64,000 bases of DNA, from positions 3,295-67,294 of the forward strand of contig CALVQQ010000001.1 of assembly GCA_944358255.1 (NCBI GenBank), written 5' to 3'. Source of the DNA: an uncultured Bacilli bacterium (lineage in GTDB: Bacteria; Bacillota_I; Bacilli_A; RF39; UBA660). The position numbers were made by a program, and so were the translations under genes. Of this stretch, positions 1-11,455 are shown piece by piece. The notes beneath the pieces are model-generated. The model was given only the letters and a program-made list of their open reading frames with translations, was not told where the DNA came from and did not search any database. Position 1 is the stretch's first letter. The number at the start of each line of letters is the position of its first letter.

Positions 1-607
1 TTGTCCATACGTTAAGTACTAATTTGTCATAGTCCTCACTTTGTCCAACACGTGCAGGTTCTACTTCATAACTTACTCTTTCAATTGGACTGTATAATGA
101 ATCTATTGATATTACTCCTATTTCGTCTTTCTTTAATAACTTTTTATTTGTTTTAGCGTCAACATATCCTCTGCCATTAGATACTGTTAGTTCCATATCA
201 ATGCTTCCACCTTTAGATATTGTTGCAATTACTAAGTCTTCATTTACTATTTCAACATCTGCATCTTTTTCTATATCTTTTGCAGTGACTACACCTTCTT
301 TATCTTTCTTTAAGTGTAATACTTTGTCACTTTCAGAGTAATTTTTTACTACTAGATTTTTTAAGTTTAGAATTATTTCTGTTACGTCTTCTACAATACC
401 ATCTATTTTTTGGAATTCATGCATTACGCCTTCGATTTTGATACTTGTAACAGCGCTTCCTGGTAAGTTTGATAACATTACTCTTCTTAATGCATTTCCA
501 ATTGTTGTTCCAAAACCTTTTTCTAATGGTTCTAATTCAAATTTTCCATAAAAATTGTTTTCAACATATTCTACTACTTTGTATTCTGGTTTTTCAAATC
601 TTAACAT
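1..607 (-). CDS. rpoA: DNA-directed RNA polymerase alpha subunit, N-terminal part (partial, continues beyond window start)
   Basis: Minus-strand translation from ATG at 605-607 gives MLRFEKPEYKVVEYVENNFYGKFELEPLEKGFGTTIGNALRR..., the RpoA N-terminal domain. SD GGAAGGGGAAAG lies upstream. Position downstream of rpsK matches the conserved alpha operon. Confidence 0.85.
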   Translation of the reverse strand, partial: MLRFEKPEYKVVEYVENNFYGKFELEPLEKGFGTTIGNALRRVMLSNLPGSAVTSIKIEGVMHEFQKIDGIVEDVTEIILNLKNLVVKNYSESDKVLHLKKDKEGVVTAKDIEKDADVEIVNEDLVIATISKGGSIDMELTVSNGRGYVDAKTNKKLLKKDEIGVISIDSLYSPIERVSYEVEPARVGQSEDYDKLVLNVWT

Positions 608-626
608 TTTTCTTTCCCCTTCCTAA

Positions 627-1010
627 TTACATACGTCTTCTCTTAGGTGGTCTGCATCCATTATGTGGTATTGGTGTTACATCTGTAATCCCAGTTATCT
701 CAAGTCCTGCAGTTTGAAGTGATCTAATTGCAGTTTCTCTACCTGCACCAATTCCTTTTACAAAAACTTCTACCTTTTTCATTCCATTGTCTACTGCAAC
801 TCTACCTGCAGCTTCAGCGCTTTGTCCAGCAGCAAATGGTGTTTTCTTTTTGCTGCCTTTGTATCCAAGGTTTCCGGCAGATGACCAACTTACTACATTT
901 CCGTTTTCATCTGTTATTGTAACTATTGTGTTATTGAATGTTGCGTGTATGTGTGCTTGGCCAATTGTTACATCTTTCTTGACTTTTCTTTTTCTTCTAT
1001 TGTATGCCAT
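627..1010 (-). CDS. rpsK: 30S ribosomal protein S11
   Basis: 127 aa ORF ([34 protein letters not shown]...) with conserved order rpsM-rpsK-rpoA. Confidence 0.93.
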   Translation of the reverse strand: MAYNRRKRKVKKDVTIGQAHIHATFNNTIVTITDENGNVVSWSSAGNLGYKGSKKKTPFAAGQSAEAAGRVAVDNGMKKVEVFVKGIGAGRETAIRSLQTAGLEITGITDVTPIPHNGCRPPKRRRM

Positions 1011-1023
1011 TATTTATTCCCTC

Positions 1024-1389
1024 CTATTTCTTCTTATTAGCTATTGTTTTAGGTTTACCTTTACGTGTTCTTGCATTTCTACTTGTTCTTTGTCCTCTAA
1101 CAGGTAATCCTTTTTTGTGTCTTGTACCTTGATATGAGTTGATTTCCATTTTTGTTTTAATGTTCATCTCAACTTCTCTTTTTAAGTCACCTGTTAATAC
1201 ATATTTGTCTGCTTCTGCTCTTAGTTTATTAACGTCTTCTACAGTAAGATCTTTTGCTCTTATGTCTTCGCTTATTCCTGCATCTTTACATATTTTCTTT
1301 GCACGGCTTGGACCTATACCATAAATATATGTAAGTGCTACAACGATTCTTTTGTCGTTTGGTAAATCTATATTTTTAATACGTGCCAT
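1024..1389 (-). CDS. rpsM: 30S ribosomal protein S13
   Basis: 121 aa [29 protein letters not shown]..., classic S13 N-terminus. Confidence 0.93.
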   Translation of the reverse strand: MARIKNIDLPNDKRIVVALTYIYGIGPSRAKKICKDAGISEDIRAKDLTVEDVNKLRAEADKYVLTGDLKREVEMNIKTKMEINSYQGTRHKKGLPVRGQRTSRNARTRKGKPKTIANKKK

Positions 1390-1397
1390 AAATCCTC

Positions 1398-1511
1398 CTA
1401 ACCTTGTCTTTGTTTGTGTTTTGGATTTTCACAAATAACCCTAACAACACCTTTTCTTTTAATTATTTTGCATTTGTCGCATATTTTTTTTACTGATGGT
1501 CTTACTTTCAT
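1398..1511 (-). CDS. rpmJ: 50S ribosomal protein L36
   Basis: Not in the ORF track (<60 aa). Manual minus-strand translation gives [37 protein letters not shown] (37 aa), located between infA and rpsM. Confidence 0.9.
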   Translation of the reverse strand: MKVRPSVKKICDKCKIIKRKGVVRVICENPKHKQRQG

Positions 1512-1523
1512 TTCTACCCTCCA

Positions 1524-1739
1524 TTATTTTCTATAAATTATTCGCCCACGTGTTAAATCACATGTTGGAATCTCGAGCAATACTGTATCGCCTGGAAAGA
1601 TACGGATAAGGTTTTGACGCATTTTTCCAGAAACGCGGGCTTCTACAATATGACCGTTCTCGAGTTTCACTTTGAAGTCTCCACCTGGGATAACTTCTAA
1701 TACTTTACCTTCAAGTTCAATATAACCTTCTTTTGCCAT
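1524..1739 (-). CDS. infA: translation initiation factor IF-1
   Basis: 71 aa [51 protein letters not shown]..., an S1-like IF-1. Confidence 0.92.
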   Translation of the reverse strand: MAKEGYIELEGKVLEVIPGGDFKVKLENGHIVEARVSGKMRQNLIRIFPGDTVLLEIPTCDLTRGRIIYRK

Positions 1740-1743
1740 TCTA

Positions 1744-2490
1744 TCACTCTCCTGTTAGTATTTTGTAACCTTCTTTGGTTACTGCTATGGTATGTTCAAA
1801 GTGTGCTGCTACACTTCCGTCTTGTGTAGTTATTGTCCATCCGTCTTCTAACATCCATATATATCTTTTCTTTAAACTAAACATTGGTTCAATGGCAAGT
1901 GTCATTCCTTCTTTTAATATTAACTCTGATTCGTCGTTATCATAATTAAATATGTATGGGTCTTCGTGTACTACTGTGCCAATTCCGTGTCCAGTTAATT
2001 CTCTTATGACTCCATATCCTTTTTCTTTTGCAACACTTTCTATTGCTTTGGATACTTCGTTTAATTTTATTCCCTCTTTAATTACACTTAATCCTTTATA
2101 AAGTGCTCTTTCTGTGTCTTCCACTAATGCCTTAATTTCATTAGTAGTTTTACCTACAATGTATGTTCTTGCAGAGTCAGCGTGATATCCTTTATAACAT
2201 GCTCCAACATCAACTTTTACTATATCCCCATTTTTAATCTTTCTTTTTCCTGGAATTCCGTGCACTACTTCATCGTTTATTGATATGCATACGCTTTTTG
2301 GATATCCATCATAGTTTAAAAATGACGGTGTGCATTTATTATCTCTTATGTATTTGTCAGCTATTTCATTTAGCTTTTCGGTTGTTATTCCAGGTTTTAT
2401 TGATGTTTTCATTAGTTCTAAAACGTTATATACTACTGTCCCTGCAATATTTATTTTTTCTATTTCTTCTTTTGTTTTTATACTAACCAT
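1744..2490 (-). CDS. map: methionine aminopeptidase type I
   Basis: 248 aa with pita-bread fold motifs and conserved adk-map-infA order. Confidence 0.88.
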   Translation of the reverse strand: MVSIKTKEEIEKINIAGTVVYNVLELMKTSIKPGITTEKLNEIADKYIRDNKCTPSFLNYDGYPKSVCISINDEVVHGIPGKRKIKNGDIVKVDVGACYKGYHADSARTYIVGKTTNEIKALVEDTERALYKGLSVIKEGIKLNEVSKAIESVAKEKGYGVIRELTGHGIGTVVHEDPYIFNYDNDESELILKEGMTLAIEPMFSLKKRYIWMLEDGWTITTQDGSVAAHFEHTIAVTKEGYKILTGE

Positions 2491-3128
2491 TTTTCTATCT
2501 CTTTCATAGTAGAATCTGCATCTTGTGTTGAATCGATTTCAATTAAATTGTTTTTGCTTTTAAAGTATTCTATTATTGGTTTTGTTTCATTCATATATGT
2601 GTCATACCTGATGTTGTACGCTTCTTCGGTGTCATCAACTCTACTTTCTAGTTCTACTTTGCAATCGTCACAAATCCATTCAACTTTTGGCATATTGTAA
2701 CCTGTTAATTTGTTATATCCTTTTTTACACTTTGGACAAGTTAATCTTCCAAGCACTCTTTTTAAACCAGTTTCCTTATCTATTTTTAAATATATAACTT
2801 TGCCTATATTTAAACCTAGTTTTTCGAGAATCTCTTCGTAATCTTTTACTTGTTTAAGTGTTCTAGGATATCCATCCATTATAAATGGTGTATTTTTGCT
2901 AAGTGTTTTTAATTTGTTTAGTAACATTTTGTTGATTAATTCGTCGTTTACTAATTTGCCGCTTGACATTATTTCTGATAATTCTTTTCCAAGTTCAGAA
3001 CCACTTTTTACTTCTTCTCTTAATAAGTCTCCTGTGGATATGTGAACATACCCATATTTTTCTTTAATTAAATCTGAAAAAGTTCCTTTACCTGCTGCAG
3101 GTGGCGCTATAAATAATATATTATTCAT
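2478..3128 (-). CDS. adk: adenylate kinase (zinc-lid type)
   Basis: P-loop GKGT near the N-terminus and a CPKC...CDDC zinc lid. Sits downstream of secY. Confidence 0.9.
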   Translation of the reverse strand: MNNILFIAPPAAGKGTFSDLIKEKYGYVHISTGDLLREEVKSGSELGKELSEIMSSGKLVNDELINKMLLNKLKTLSKNTPFIMDGYPRTLKQVKDYEEILEKLGLNIGKVIYLKIDKETGLKRVLGRLTCPKCKKGYNKLTGYNMPKVEWICDDCKVELESRVDDTEEAYNIRYDTYMNETKPIIEYFKSKNNLIEIDSTQDADSTMKEIEKWLV

Positions 3129-3130
3129 TT

Positions 3131-4390
3131 TTACCTCCTATATGCTCGACTTGCAACTGAGCTTTCTATTTGTTTATATGTTTCTAATAATACTCCTACC
3201 ACGATTAAAATACTAGTTCCCCCAAGTGTTACTATGCTTGGCATATCTGATATCCAACTAAATATTATTGGTAATGCTGCAATTATTGCTAGGAATATTG
3301 CACCCATAAATGTGATTCTTGATAATACTTTACTTATATAATCACTTGTTTCTTTTCCTGGCCTTATTCCTGGAATGTATCCACCGTTTTTATTTAGGTT
3401 CTTTGATAAGTCCTCTGGGTTTACTGCAGCTAAGTATGTATAAAAGTATACAAATATAAATATTAGTATTATGTATATTATGAATCCAATCGGTGTAGTT
3501 GTTGTTAAATATTTTGTTACAAATAGTTGAAAGTTTTCACTTTTTATGAAATATGTTAGTGTTGTTGGTATTGCAAGTACTGCTGAAGCAAATATTACTG
3601 GTATTACTCCTGCTGAATTTAATCTTAATGGTAGATATGTTTGTCTTCCACCATATGCAGATACTGTTCTATTAGAATATTGTATAGGTACTCTTCTTTG
3701 AGCTTCTTGTACGTATATTACTCCTACTATTATCGCAATATATAGTATTATGTAAATTGCATAAGATAAAAGTCCTATATAAATGTTTGTGTTATTTCCA
3801 ATTAATGATCTATATGCTTCTATTAACATTGATGGTAGTGTTGTTACGATACCTGACATTATTATTAATGATATACCATTTCCTATTCCTTTGTTTGTTA
3901 TTTGGTCTCCTAACCATAATAGGAATGCTGTTCCTGCTGTTAATATAATGGCTATTTTAACATATTCTACTGGCTCTAGTCCTGCTGAACCCATAAACAT
4001 TGCTGTGTATATATAACTTTCTACAAAGGCAAATCCTATACCTATGTATCTAGTTATTTTGTTTATTTTTCTTCTTCCTTCTTCTCCCATTTCTCTAAGT
4101 TCTTTGAAGTATGGGATCCCCATTATATCCATTTGGAATAATTGAATTATGATTGATGCTGTGATATATGGTGTGATACCTAAAGCAAATATTGAAAATT
4201 GTTTTAGTCCTCCACCACTCATTGCATTTAATAGTTCTAGAAATCCTAAGTCTCCTGTAATTTCTTTCATTCCTGGTACAGTTATTGTGTTACCTAAACA
4301 AAATATTACTAAAGCACCTAATGTGTATAAGACTCTGTTTCTAAGATCTTTATTGGTTTTTTTAAATATTTGTCTAAATGTTTTAAACAC
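3131..4390 (-). CDS. secY: preprotein translocase subunit SecY
   Basis: 419 aa polytopic membrane protein between rplO and adk, with SecY-like TM pattern. Confidence 0.92.
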   Translation of the reverse strand: MFKTFRQIFKKTNKDLRNRVLYTLGALVIFCLGNTITVPGMKEITGDLGFLELLNAMSGGGLKQFSIFALGITPYITASIIIQLFQMDIMGIPYFKELREMGEEGRRKINKITRYIGIGFAFVESYIYTAMFMGSAGLEPVEYVKIAIILTAGTAFLLWLGDQITNKGIGNGISLIIMSGIVTTLPSMLIEAYRSLIGNNTNIYIGLLSYAIYIILYIAIIVGVIYVQEAQRRVPIQYSNRTVSAYGGRQTYLPLRLNSAGVIPVIFASAVLAIPTTLTYFIKSENFQLFVTKYLTTTTPIGFIIYIILIFIFVYFYTYLAAVNPEDLSKNLNKNGGYIPGIRPGKETSDYISKVLSRITFMGAIFLAIIAALPIIFSWISDMPSIVTLGGTSILIVVGVLLETYKQIESSVASRAYRR

Positions 4391-4834
4391 TTAGATCACC
4401 TCAGCTTTCCCACCTAACTCTTCTATTTTATTTATTGCTGTATTTGTAAATACGTTTGCTTTTACTGTTAATTTTTTAGTTAGTTCTCCGCTTCCTAATA
4501 TTTTTAAACCTTTTAATTCTTTTCCAATTAATCCGCTTTCTTTTAGTAATTCTTTTGTAACTACTGTTCCGTCTTCAAATCTATTTAAGTTTCCAACGTT
4601 AACAATGTTGTATCTAACTGTAAATCTTTTGTTATTAAATCCTCTTCTTGGTACCCTTTTGTATAGTGGATTTTGTCCACCTTCAAAATATACTGGAATG
4701 CTTGCACCAGAACGTGCTTTTTGTCCTTTTTCTCCACGCGTTGAAGTTTTTCCCATTCCGCTTCCTGGACCTCTTCCAACTATTTTTCTCTTATGAGTTG
4801 CTCCAACTTGTGTCTTTAGTTCATTTAACTTCAT
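4391..4834 (-). CDS. rplO: 50S ribosomal protein L15
   Basis: 147 aa MKLNELKTQVGATHKRKIVGRGPGSGMGKTSTRGEKGQKARSG... Confidence 0.92.
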   Translation of the reverse strand: MKLNELKTQVGATHKRKIVGRGPGSGMGKTSTRGEKGQKARSGASIPVYFEGGQNPLYKRVPRRGFNNKRFTVRYNIVNVGNLNRFEDGTVVTKELLKESGLIGKELKGLKILGSGELTKKLTVKANVFTNTAINKIEELGGKAEVI

Positions 4835-4836
4835 AA

Positions 4837-5373
4837 CTATATTTCCTCCACTTTTTTACCACGAAGATTTGCAATGTGTGCTCTACTTTTTTGTTTTTTT
4901 AGTGCATCCATTGTTGCTCTTGCAGTGTTTATTTGTGTGTTGCTTCCAAGGGATTTTGAAACTATGTCTTTTACTCCAGCTAGTTCTAGCACGTTACGTA
5001 CTGGTCCTCCAGCAACTATTCCACGTCCTTCTCTTGCTGGACGAATTAGTACTTTTGCAGCTCCACATACACCTGTTACTTCGTGTGAAAGTGTACGGTT
5101 ATCTACTAAGTCAACTTTAATTACATTTTTTTCTGCTGATTTTATTGCTTTGCTTATTGCTGCTTGTACTTCGTTTGCTTTCCCTGTTCCAAGTCCAACT
5201 CTTCCTTTTCTGTCTCCAACTGCAACTGTTGCTGAAAATCTCATTGAACGTCCGCCTTTTGTTGTTTTTGATACACGGCTTATTGAGATTACTTTTTCTT
5301 CGTATGGACTTTTCTTTTCATAATTTTTGTTGAATTCTTTTCTTGGTTTTCTTTCTTTATCGTTTTTTTCCAT
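4837..5373 (-). CDS. rpsE: 30S ribosomal protein S5 (with basic N-terminal extension)
   Basis: S5 dsRBD and C-terminal domains present. Directly abuts rplO, so no rpmD (L30) gene lies between them. Confidence 0.9.
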   Translation of the reverse strand: MEKNDKERKPRKEFNKNYEKKSPYEEKVISISRVSKTTKGGRSMRFSATVAVGDRKGRVGLGTGKANEVQAAISKAIKSAEKNVIKVDLVDNRTLSHEVTGVCGAAKVLIRPAREGRGIVAGGPVRNVLELAGVKDIVSKSLGSNTQINTARATMDALKKQKSRAHIANLRGKKVEEI

Positions 5374-5384
5374 GCTTACCTCCC

Positions 5385-5738
5385 TTAGAATTTTAATCCT
5401 GCTTCTCTAGCAGATTCTGCTAGGGCTTTTATACGTCCATGATATAAGTATCCACTTCTATCAAAAACTACTTCAGTTATTTTTGCATCTTTTGCTTTTT
5501 TTGCTATGCTTTCTCCAACTTTTTTAGCAGTTTCAATATTGTTTTTGTCTAACTTTAATTCTAGTGAAGAAGTGCTTACTAAAGTTTTACCTGTTTCATC
5601 ATCTATTATTTGCGCATACATGTTTGTATTGCTTCTAAATACATTTAGTCTTGGTAATTCTTTAGTACCGCTCAAGTTTTTTCTAATACGATTATGCCTT
5701 TTTATACGCATACTGTTTCTTGATTCTTTTTTTATCAT
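5385..5738 (-). CDS. rplR: 50S ribosomal protein L18
   Basis: 117 aa, [14 protein letters not shown]... with conserved position. Confidence 0.92.
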   Translation of the reverse strand: MIKKESRNSMRIKRHNRIRKNLSGTKELPRLNVFRSNTNMYAQIIDDETGKTLVSTSSLELKLDKNNIETAKKVGESIAKKAKDAKITEVVFDRSGYLYHGRIKALAESAREAGLKF

Positions 5739-5748
5739 AATTTACCTC

Positions 5749-6285
5749 CTAAGCAGCTTTCTTTCCTTCCTTACGTCTAATATATTCATCTTTATAACGT
5801 ATTCCTTTTCCTTTATATGGTTCTGGTCCTCTTACTTTTCTAACTAATGCAGCAAATTCTGATACTCTTTGTTTGTCATATCCACTTATTGTTAATTCTG
5901 TTACTGATGGGCATTCTATTTTTAGTCCTTCAGGTACGTCCATTTTAACTGGATGTGAATAACCTGCACTTATTGTTAGTACGTTTCCTTGTGCTTGGAA
6001 TTTGTATCCAACTCCGACGATTTCTAGTTCTTTTTTGAATCCTTCACTTACTCCTTTTATCATGTTGTTTATAAGTGCATTTGTTGTACCATGTAATTGC
6101 TTTACTTGTTTTGTTTCGTTTAAACGTTTTGTAGTAACTTTATTATCGTTTATTTCTACTTTTATGCTTGGGTTAACGTTTAAGTTTAATGTTCCTAATT
6201 TTCCAGCAACGTTTACGTTGTTGTTATCAACTGTAACTGTTACTCCTTCAGGTATTGTTAATTCTCTATTTCCTATTCTACTCAT
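5749..6285 (-). CDS. rplF: 50S ribosomal protein L6
   Basis: MSRIGNRELTIPEGVTV... Start moved to the ATG at 6283-6285, which has an AAGGGGTG SD. The track ORF starts at an upstream GTG. Confidence 0.9.
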   Translation of the reverse strand: MSRIGNRELTIPEGVTVTVDNNNVNVAGKLGTLNLNVNPSIKVEINDNKVTTKRLNETKQVKQLHGTTNALINNMIKGVSEGFKKELEIVGVGYKFQAQGNVLTISAGYSHPVKMDVPEGLKIECPSVTELTISGYDKQRVSEFAALVRKVRGPEPYKGKGIRYKDEYIRRKEGKKAA

Positions 6286-6297
6286 AAATAGCACCCC

Positions 6298-6693
6298 TTA
6301 CCAAATGTATGCAAGAACTTCTCCACCTAAGTTTTGTTTTCTTGCTTCCTTATCTGTCATTAATCCTTTTGAAGTAGAAACTATAGCTATTCCAAGTCCG
6401 TTTAATACTTTTGGCATTTCATCAGATTTTACATATACTCTTAAACTTGGTTTGCTGATTCTTTTAAGTCCAGAGATTACCCTTTCTTTTTTTGAACCAT
6501 ATTTTAAAGTTAGTACTAGTATTTCACTACTTCCATTTTTAATACTTTCGTATTTTTCAATATATCCTTCATTTGTTAAAATTTCAGCAATTCCTTTTGT
6601 CATTTTTGATGCTGGAACTTCAACAGTTGCGTATTTCATACTATTTGCATTACGTATTCTCGTAAGCATATCAGCTATTGTATCATTTACCAT
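6298..6693 (-). CDS. rpsH: 30S ribosomal protein S8
   Basis: [17 protein letters not shown]..., canonical S8. Confidence 0.93.
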   Translation of the reverse strand: MVNDTIADMLTRIRNANSMKYATVEVPASKMTKGIAEILTNEGYIEKYESIKNGSSEILVLTLKYGSKKERVISGLKRISKPSLRVYVKSDEMPKVLNGLGIAIVSTSKGLMTDKEARKQNLGGEVLAYIW

Positions 6694-6711
6694 TACTATA
6701 GTCCTCCCTTC

Positions 6712-6897
6712 TTACCAACTTGACTTTTTAACGCCTGGTATTTGTCCTTTATATGCTAATTCTCTAAAACATATACGGCATAGTCCAAATTTTCTTAATA
6801 CTCCGTGTGGTCTTCCACATCTTTCGCATCTTGTGTATTCACGTACTTTGAACTTTGATCCTCTTTTTTGACTTACTATTTTACTTGTCTTTGCCAT
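6712..6897 (-). CDS. rpsN: 30S ribosomal protein S14 type Z (zinc-binding, 61 aa)
   Basis: [20 protein letters not shown] holds the four zinc-ligand cysteines. Lies between rplE and rpsH. Confidence 0.92.
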   Translation of the reverse strand: MAKTSKIVSQKRGSKFKVREYTRCERCGRPHGVLRKFGLCRICFRELAYKGQIPGVKKSSW

Positions 6898-6906
6898 GCT
6901 ACCTCC

Positions 6907-7446
6907 TTATTTTCTAAAAGGTAACCCAAAACCACTTAGTAGTTCTAGTGCCTCTTCATTAGTTTTTGCTGTTGTTACAATTACTACGTCTAATCCTCTA
7001 ACTTTAATTACTTTATCGTAATCAACTTCTGGAAATACTAATTGTTCTTTAATTCCTAATGTGTAGTTTCCACGTCCATCAAAACTTCCTTTTGATATTC
7101 CACGAAAATCACGTACACGTGGTAAAGCAATTTTAATTAATTTTTCTAAGAAGATATACATTTTTTCTCCTCTTAAAGTTACTTTACAACCAATTTTATT
7201 TCCTTCACGCAATTTGAAACCTGCAATTGATTTTTTTGCTGTTGTTACAACTGGTTTTTGTCCGGCAATAACTTCTAGTTCTTTAACTGCAGCATCTATG
7301 TACTTCGCGTCTGATGCTCCATCTCCTACACCCATATTAAGTACTATTTTTTCTATTTTTGGTACTTGCATTTTTGAAGTGTATTTGAATTTTTCTATTA
7401 AATTAGGAACTATTTCTTTAACATATAATTCTTTTAATGTTTCCAT
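6907..7446 (-). CDS. rplE: 50S ribosomal protein L5
   Basis: 179 aa with conserved position and sequence. Confidence 0.92.
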   Translation of the reverse strand: METLKELYVKEIVPNLIEKFKYTSKMQVPKIEKIVLNMGVGDGASDAKYIDAAVKELEVIAGQKPVVTTAKKSIAGFKLREGNKIGCKVTLRGEKMYIFLEKLIKIALPRVRDFRGISKGSFDGRGNYTLGIKEQLVFPEVDYDKVIKVRGLDVVIVTTAKTNEEALELLSGFGLPFRK

Positions 7447-7454
7447 ATGTTCAC

Positions 7455-7748
7455 CTACTTTTTACTTTCTTTTTTTGTTGTTTTCTTTGTCGTTGTTTTT
7501 TTGCTTGTTGTCTTTTTTTCTTCTTTTATTTCTTTTGATACTTTTACATTTGATATATGAATAGGAGCTTCTACTTCTAGTATTCCTCCTGTTTCGTTTT
7601 GTCCGTTAGGCTTAACATGTTTCTTTACTAAATTTACTCCTTCAATTACTACTCTATTTTCATCGCGAAGTATTTCTAGCACTTTCCCTTCTTTACCTTT
7701 GTTCGATCCAGTTATTACTTTAACTTTGTCTCCAACTTTAATTTTCAT
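7455..7748 (-). CDS. rplX: 50S ribosomal protein L24 (Lys-rich C-terminal tail)
   Basis: KOW-domain protein [23 protein letters not shown]... Confidence 0.9.
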   Translation of the reverse strand: MKIKVGDKVKVITGSNKGKEGKVLEILRDENRVVIEGVNLVKKHVKPNGQNETGGILEVEAPIHISNVKVSKEIKEEKKTTSKKTTTKKTTKKESKK

Positions 7749-7758
7749 GTATATCCTC

Positions 7759-8127
7759 CTATAATACTTCTGGCGCTAATGAAACTATTTTCATGAAATC
7801 TTTATCACGTAGTTCACGAGCGACTGGTCCTAGAACACGTGTTCCTACAGGACTGTTATCATCTTTTATTAAAACGCATGCGTTATCATCAAACTTGATA
7901 TGACTTCCATCTGGTCTTTTAACTCCTTGTACAGTTCTGACGATTACTGCTTTAACTACTTTTCCTTTTTTGATGTTTGAATTTGGAATTGCTTTTTTTA
8001 CTGTTCCAACTACTACATCACCTATATTTCCGCTTCTTACAAAACTTCCGCCTAATACTCTTATTACTAGTATTTCACGAGCACCTGAGTTATCGGCAAC
8101 TTTTAAACGGCTTTCTGGTTGTACCAT
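7759..8127 (-). CDS. rplN: 50S ribosomal protein L14
   Basis: [28 protein letters not shown]... Confidence 0.93.
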   Translation of the reverse strand: MVQPESRLKVADNSGAREILVIRVLGGSFVRSGNIGDVVVGTVKKAIPNSNIKKGKVVKAVIVRTVQGVKRPDGSHIKFDDNACVLIKDDNSPVGTRVLGPVARELRDKDFMKIVSLAPEVL

Positions 8128-8142
8128 ATTATTGTCTCCCTC

Positions 8143-8400
8143 CTATAGTATGATAGCTTCTTCTACTATGCTATCTAACACGTATCTTTTTGTTTTTGAT
8201 AATGGACGCGCTGCTACAATTTTAACAGTGTCTCCAGTTTTTGCTTTGTTTTCTTCATCGTGTGCTTTATATTTCTTTGTGTATTTTATTCTTTTTTTGT
8301 ATAGTGGATGTTTTCTATATGTTTCTACAGCAACAACAATTGTTTTGTCCATTTTGTCGCTTACTACTTTTCCCACTAATTCTTGTTTAGCTTTTTCCAT
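8143..8400 (-). CDS. rpsQ: 30S ribosomal protein S17
   Basis: 85 aa ...[25 protein letters not shown]... Confidence 0.92.
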   Translation of the reverse strand: MEKAKQELVGKVVSDKMDKTIVVAVETYRKHPLYKKRIKYTKKYKAHDEENKAKTGDTVKIVAARPLSKTKRYVLDSIVEEAIIL

Positions 8401-8401
8401 A

Positions 8402-8620
8402 TTACTCCACCATCTCTTTCTCGTTTTCTCTTTCTCTTAAGATTGTTTTACATCTTGCTACTGTATGTCTTAATTCTTTAATCTTATGAGGTTTTTCTAA
8501 AGATCCTGTTGCACGACTTAAACGTAAGTTGAATAATTCTTCTTTAGTTTCTTTTATTAATTTATTTATGTCTTCAGTGGTCATTTTTCTTATTTCACTA
8601 TTCTTCACTTTCTTCACCAC
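8402..8620 (-). CDS. rpmC: 50S ribosomal protein L29
   Basis: ...[35 protein letters not shown]... Overlaps the rplP end as usual. Confidence 0.88.
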   Translation of the reverse strand: MVKKVKNSEIRKMTTEDINKLIKETKEELFNLRLSRATGSLEKPHKIKELRHTVARCKTILRERENEKEMVE

Positions 8621-9035
8621 TTTCTTCTTTTTTTATGAATTTTGTCTTGATAGGTAGCTTGTGTCCAGCTAAACGAAATGCTTCTCTTGCAACGTCTTCA
8701 GGTACATCAGCCATTTCAAACATGATTTTTCCTTCTTTAACTACTGCTACCCATTCTTCAACATTACCTTTTCCGCTTCCCATACGAACTTCCAAAGGTT
8801 TCTTTGTTCTAGCTAAGTGAGGGAATATGTTAATCCATACTTTTCCTCTTTTTGATTTTTTCATTTCCCTAGTCATTGCTATACGTGCTGCTTCGATTTG
8901 TCTTGCTGTTATGTATGATCCTTCTTTTGCAACTAATCCGTATTCTCCATAAGATAATTTGTTCTTTCCTTTACTTTTTCCTTCGTAACTAAGGCGATGA
9001 GGTTTTCTATATTTAGTTCTCTTTGGTATTAACAT
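8598..9035 (-). CDS. rplP: 50S ribosomal protein L16
   Basis: [23 protein letters not shown]... Confidence 0.93.
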   Translation of the reverse strand: MLIPKRTKYRKPHRLSYEGKSKGKNKLSYGEYGLVAKEGSYITARQIEAARIAMTREMKKSKRGKVWINIFPHLARTKKPLEVRMGSGKGNVEEWVAVVKEGKIMFEMADVPEDVAREAFRLAGHKLPIKTKFIKKEESGEESEE

Positions 9036-9684
9036 TCTTTTTACCTCCTTCTTTAGCAGGTAGTATTTCTCCTTTATATATCCAAACTTTTACACCGATT
9101 TTTCCATATACTGTATCAGCTTCTTTGTGTGAATAATCAACATCACTTCTTAATGTGTGTAGTGGTACTGTTCCTTCTGTGTATCCTTCACTTCTTGCTA
9201 TTTCAGCACCATTTAAACGTCCAGATACTAAAGTTTTAATTCCTTTAGCTCCTGCTTTCATAGTGTTTCTTATGGCTCTTTTTTGAGCTACTCTATATGA
9301 AACTCTATTTTGTATTTGTGTTGCAATGTTTTCTGCAACTAATGCAGCATTTAAGTCTGGTTGTTTGATTTCAACTATTGAAATGTATATTTCTTCACCA
9401 GTTAGTTTTGATAATGCTTTTTTGTGCTTTTCTATTTCTTCTCCGCCACGTCCGATGACTACGCCTGGTTTTGAAGTGTTAATAATAACGTTAGTTCTTT
9501 TTTTGTTTCTTTCAATTACTATGTTAGCAACTGCACAATTCTTAAGAACTTTTTCTAGGTATTCACGAATTTTTATGTCTGTTAATAAGTTTTTCTTGAA
9601 GTCTTTGTTTGGTGCATACCATTTACTTTCCCAATCTTTATTAATTCCTATTCTTAATCCTATTGGATGTACTTTTTGTCCCAC
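9013..9684 (-). CDS. rpsC: 30S ribosomal protein S3
   Basis: 223 aa with KH domain, [13 protein letters not shown]... Confidence 0.93.
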   Translation of the reverse strand: MGQKVHPIGLRIGINKDWESKWYAPNKDFKKNLLTDIKIREYLEKVLKNCAVANIVIERNKKRTNVIINTSKPGVVIGRGGEEIEKHKKALSKLTGEEIYISIVEIKQPDLNAALVAENIATQIQNRVSYRVAQKRAIRNTMKAGAKGIKTLVSGRLNGAEIARSEGYTEGTVPLHTLRSDVDYSHKEADTVYGKIGVKVWIYKGEILPAKEGGKKNVNTKEN

Positions 9685-9688
9685 AGCG

Positions 9689-10039
9689 TTAGTCCTCCTT
9701 TATTGTATTTAAGTCACTTACTTTTACATAGATGTGACTGCTTCTTTTGTCTCTTCTGTCTACGTTTCCACGAGATGCTATTTTTGATCTTTTTAATGTT
9801 GGCCCTTCGTTTATGTATGTTTCTTTAATATATAAGTTTTTTTCTTCTAAACCTAAATTATTAATAGCGTTTGCAATAGCACTTTCTAAAACTTTGCTTA
9901 TTAGTCGTGATGCTTTTGTGTTTGTTGTAGCTAATATTGCTCTTGCTTCTGCTACGCTTTTTCCTCTAACTAAATCTAGAGTCATTCTTGCTTTTCTAGG
10001 TGCGATTAATGCACCTTTATGTATTGCATATGCTTCCAT
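9689..10039 (-). CDS. rplV: 50S ribosomal protein L22
   Basis: 116 aa, conserved position. Confidence 0.92.
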   Translation of the reverse strand: MEAYAIHKGALIAPRKARMTLDLVRGKSVAEARAILATTNTKASRLISKVLESAIANAINNLGLEEKNLYIKETYINEGPTLKRSKIASRGNVDRRDKRSSHIYVKVSDLNTIKED

Positions 10040-10050
10040 ATATTACCCTC

Positions 10051-10317
10051 CTATTTGTTTTCGCCAGCGTGTCCACCAAACTTACGTGTTAAAGCGAATT
10101 CTCCTAGTTTGTGACCTACCATGTCTTCTGTTACATAAACTGGTATAAAATCTTTCCCGTTGTGTACAGCAAATGTGTGCCCTACAAAATCTGGATAAAT
10201 TGTTGAACGACGTGACCAAGTTTTTATAACTTCTTTTTTACCAGTTTCATTTAATGTACGTACTCTTTTTAGTAATCTATCAAATACATATGGTCCTTTT
10301 TTTAAACTTCTTGACAT
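10051..10317 (-). CDS. rpsS: 30S ribosomal protein S19
   Basis: [19 protein letters not shown]... Start placed at the second in-frame ATG to match the S19 N-terminus. Confidence 0.92.
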   Translation of the reverse strand: MSRSLKKGPYVFDRLLKRVRTLNETGKKEVIKTWSRRSTIYPDFVGHTFAVHNGKDFIPVYVTEDMVGHKLGEFALTRKFGGHAGENK

Positions 10318-10332
10318 ACTCACAAATCCTTT

Positions 10333-11166
10333 CTATTTATTCTTTCTACGAGATATGATTAATTTCTCGCTTTGTTTTTTGCTTTTTCTTGTTTTTAATC
10401 CTAATGCTGGTTTACCCCAAGGTGTCATAGGTCCTTTACGTCCGATTGGCGCACGTCCTTCACCACCACCGTGTGGGTGATCGTTAGGGTTCATTACAGA
10501 TCCACGAACTGTTGGTCTGATTCCCATTTTTCTTTTCCTTCCAGCTTTTCCAAGATGTACAAGTTCATGGTCTAAGTTTCCAACTTCGCCGATTGTTGCT
10601 CTACATGTTCCTTGTATTTTTCTTGTTTCTCCGCTTTTTAATCTTATTAATACGTATTTATCTTCTCTTCCAAGTATTTGTGCACTGCTTCCAGCACTTC
10701 TTGCTAGGCTTCCACCTTTTCCTGGATGTAATTCAATATTATGAACCACTGTACCTACTGGTATGTTCATTATTGGTAATGAATTCCCAGTTTTTATATC
10801 TACGTTTTCTCCGCTTTCGATTTTATCTCCAACTTTAATGTTTAGTGGAGCAATAATATATCTTTTTTCTCCATCAGCGTAAGTAATTAATGCAATGTTT
10901 GCACTTCTATTTGGATCGTATTCTATAGCAGTAACGGTTCCAATTATACCGTCTTTATTTCTTTTGAAATCTATTACACGGTATTTTCTTTTTACTCCGC
11001 CTCCTCTATGTCTAACTGTTATTTTTCCTTGATTATTTCTTCCAGCTTTTTGATTTTTGCTAGAAAGTAGACTCTTTTCCGGAGTAGTTTTTGTTATTTC
11101 TTCGTTTACTAGAGTTGTCATGTGTCTAGTACCATTTGTTATTGGTTTATATTTTCTTATTGGCAT
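10333..11166 (-). CDS. rplB: 50S ribosomal protein L2
   Basis: 277 aa, ...[14 protein letters not shown]... motif. Confidence 0.94.
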   Translation of the reverse strand: MPIRKYKPITNGTRHMTTLVNEEITKTTPEKSLLSSKNQKAGRNNQGKITVRHRGGGVKRKYRVIDFKRNKDGIIGTVTAIEYDPNRSANIALITYADGEKRYIIAPLNIKVGDKIESGENVDIKTGNSLPIMNIPVGTVVHNIELHPGKGGSLARSAGSSAQILGREDKYVLIRLKSGETRKIQGTCRATIGEVGNLDHELVHLGKAGRKRKMGIRPTVRGSVMNPNDHPHGGGEGRAPIGRKGPMTPWGKPALGLKTRKSKKQSEKLIISRRKNK

Positions 11167-11182
11167 TTCTTAACCCTCCTAA

Positions 11183-11455
11183 TTAAAACTCTATTTTAGA
11201 GCCTTCCATTAGTTTTACCATGGCTTTTTTGTATTGTTTAGTTGTTCCTGTGTAACGTCCTACTCTTCTTTTTTTGCCTTTGGTATTTAATGTTGTAATT
11301 TTTTCTACTTTTACGTTAAATTTTTTCTCAATTGCTTGTTTTATTTGTGTTTTATTTGCTTTTTTATCAACTTTAAAAACTATTACGTTATCTTGTGCTA
11401 GTTTTTGTGTCTTTTCAGTTATAACTGGTGCCTTAATTATATCGTAGTAATCCAT
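11183..11455 (-). CDS. rplW: 50S ribosomal protein L23
   Basis: 90 aa, conserved position between rplD and rplB. Confidence 0.9.
   Translation of the reverse strand: MDYYDIIKAPVITEKTQKLAQDNVIVFKVDKKANKTQIKQAIEKKFNVKVEKITTLNTKGKKRRVGRYTGTTKQYKKAMVKLMEGSKIEF

Noticed and set aside
6002-6871. Long plus-strand ORFs (for example the 289 aa ORF at 6002..6871 and many others) antisense to the ribosomal protein operon
   Set aside because: They overlap strongly conserved minus-strand genes, are low-complexity (Leu/Phe/Ser-rich) as expected from antisense reading of AT-rich coding DNA, and have no RBS or homology.
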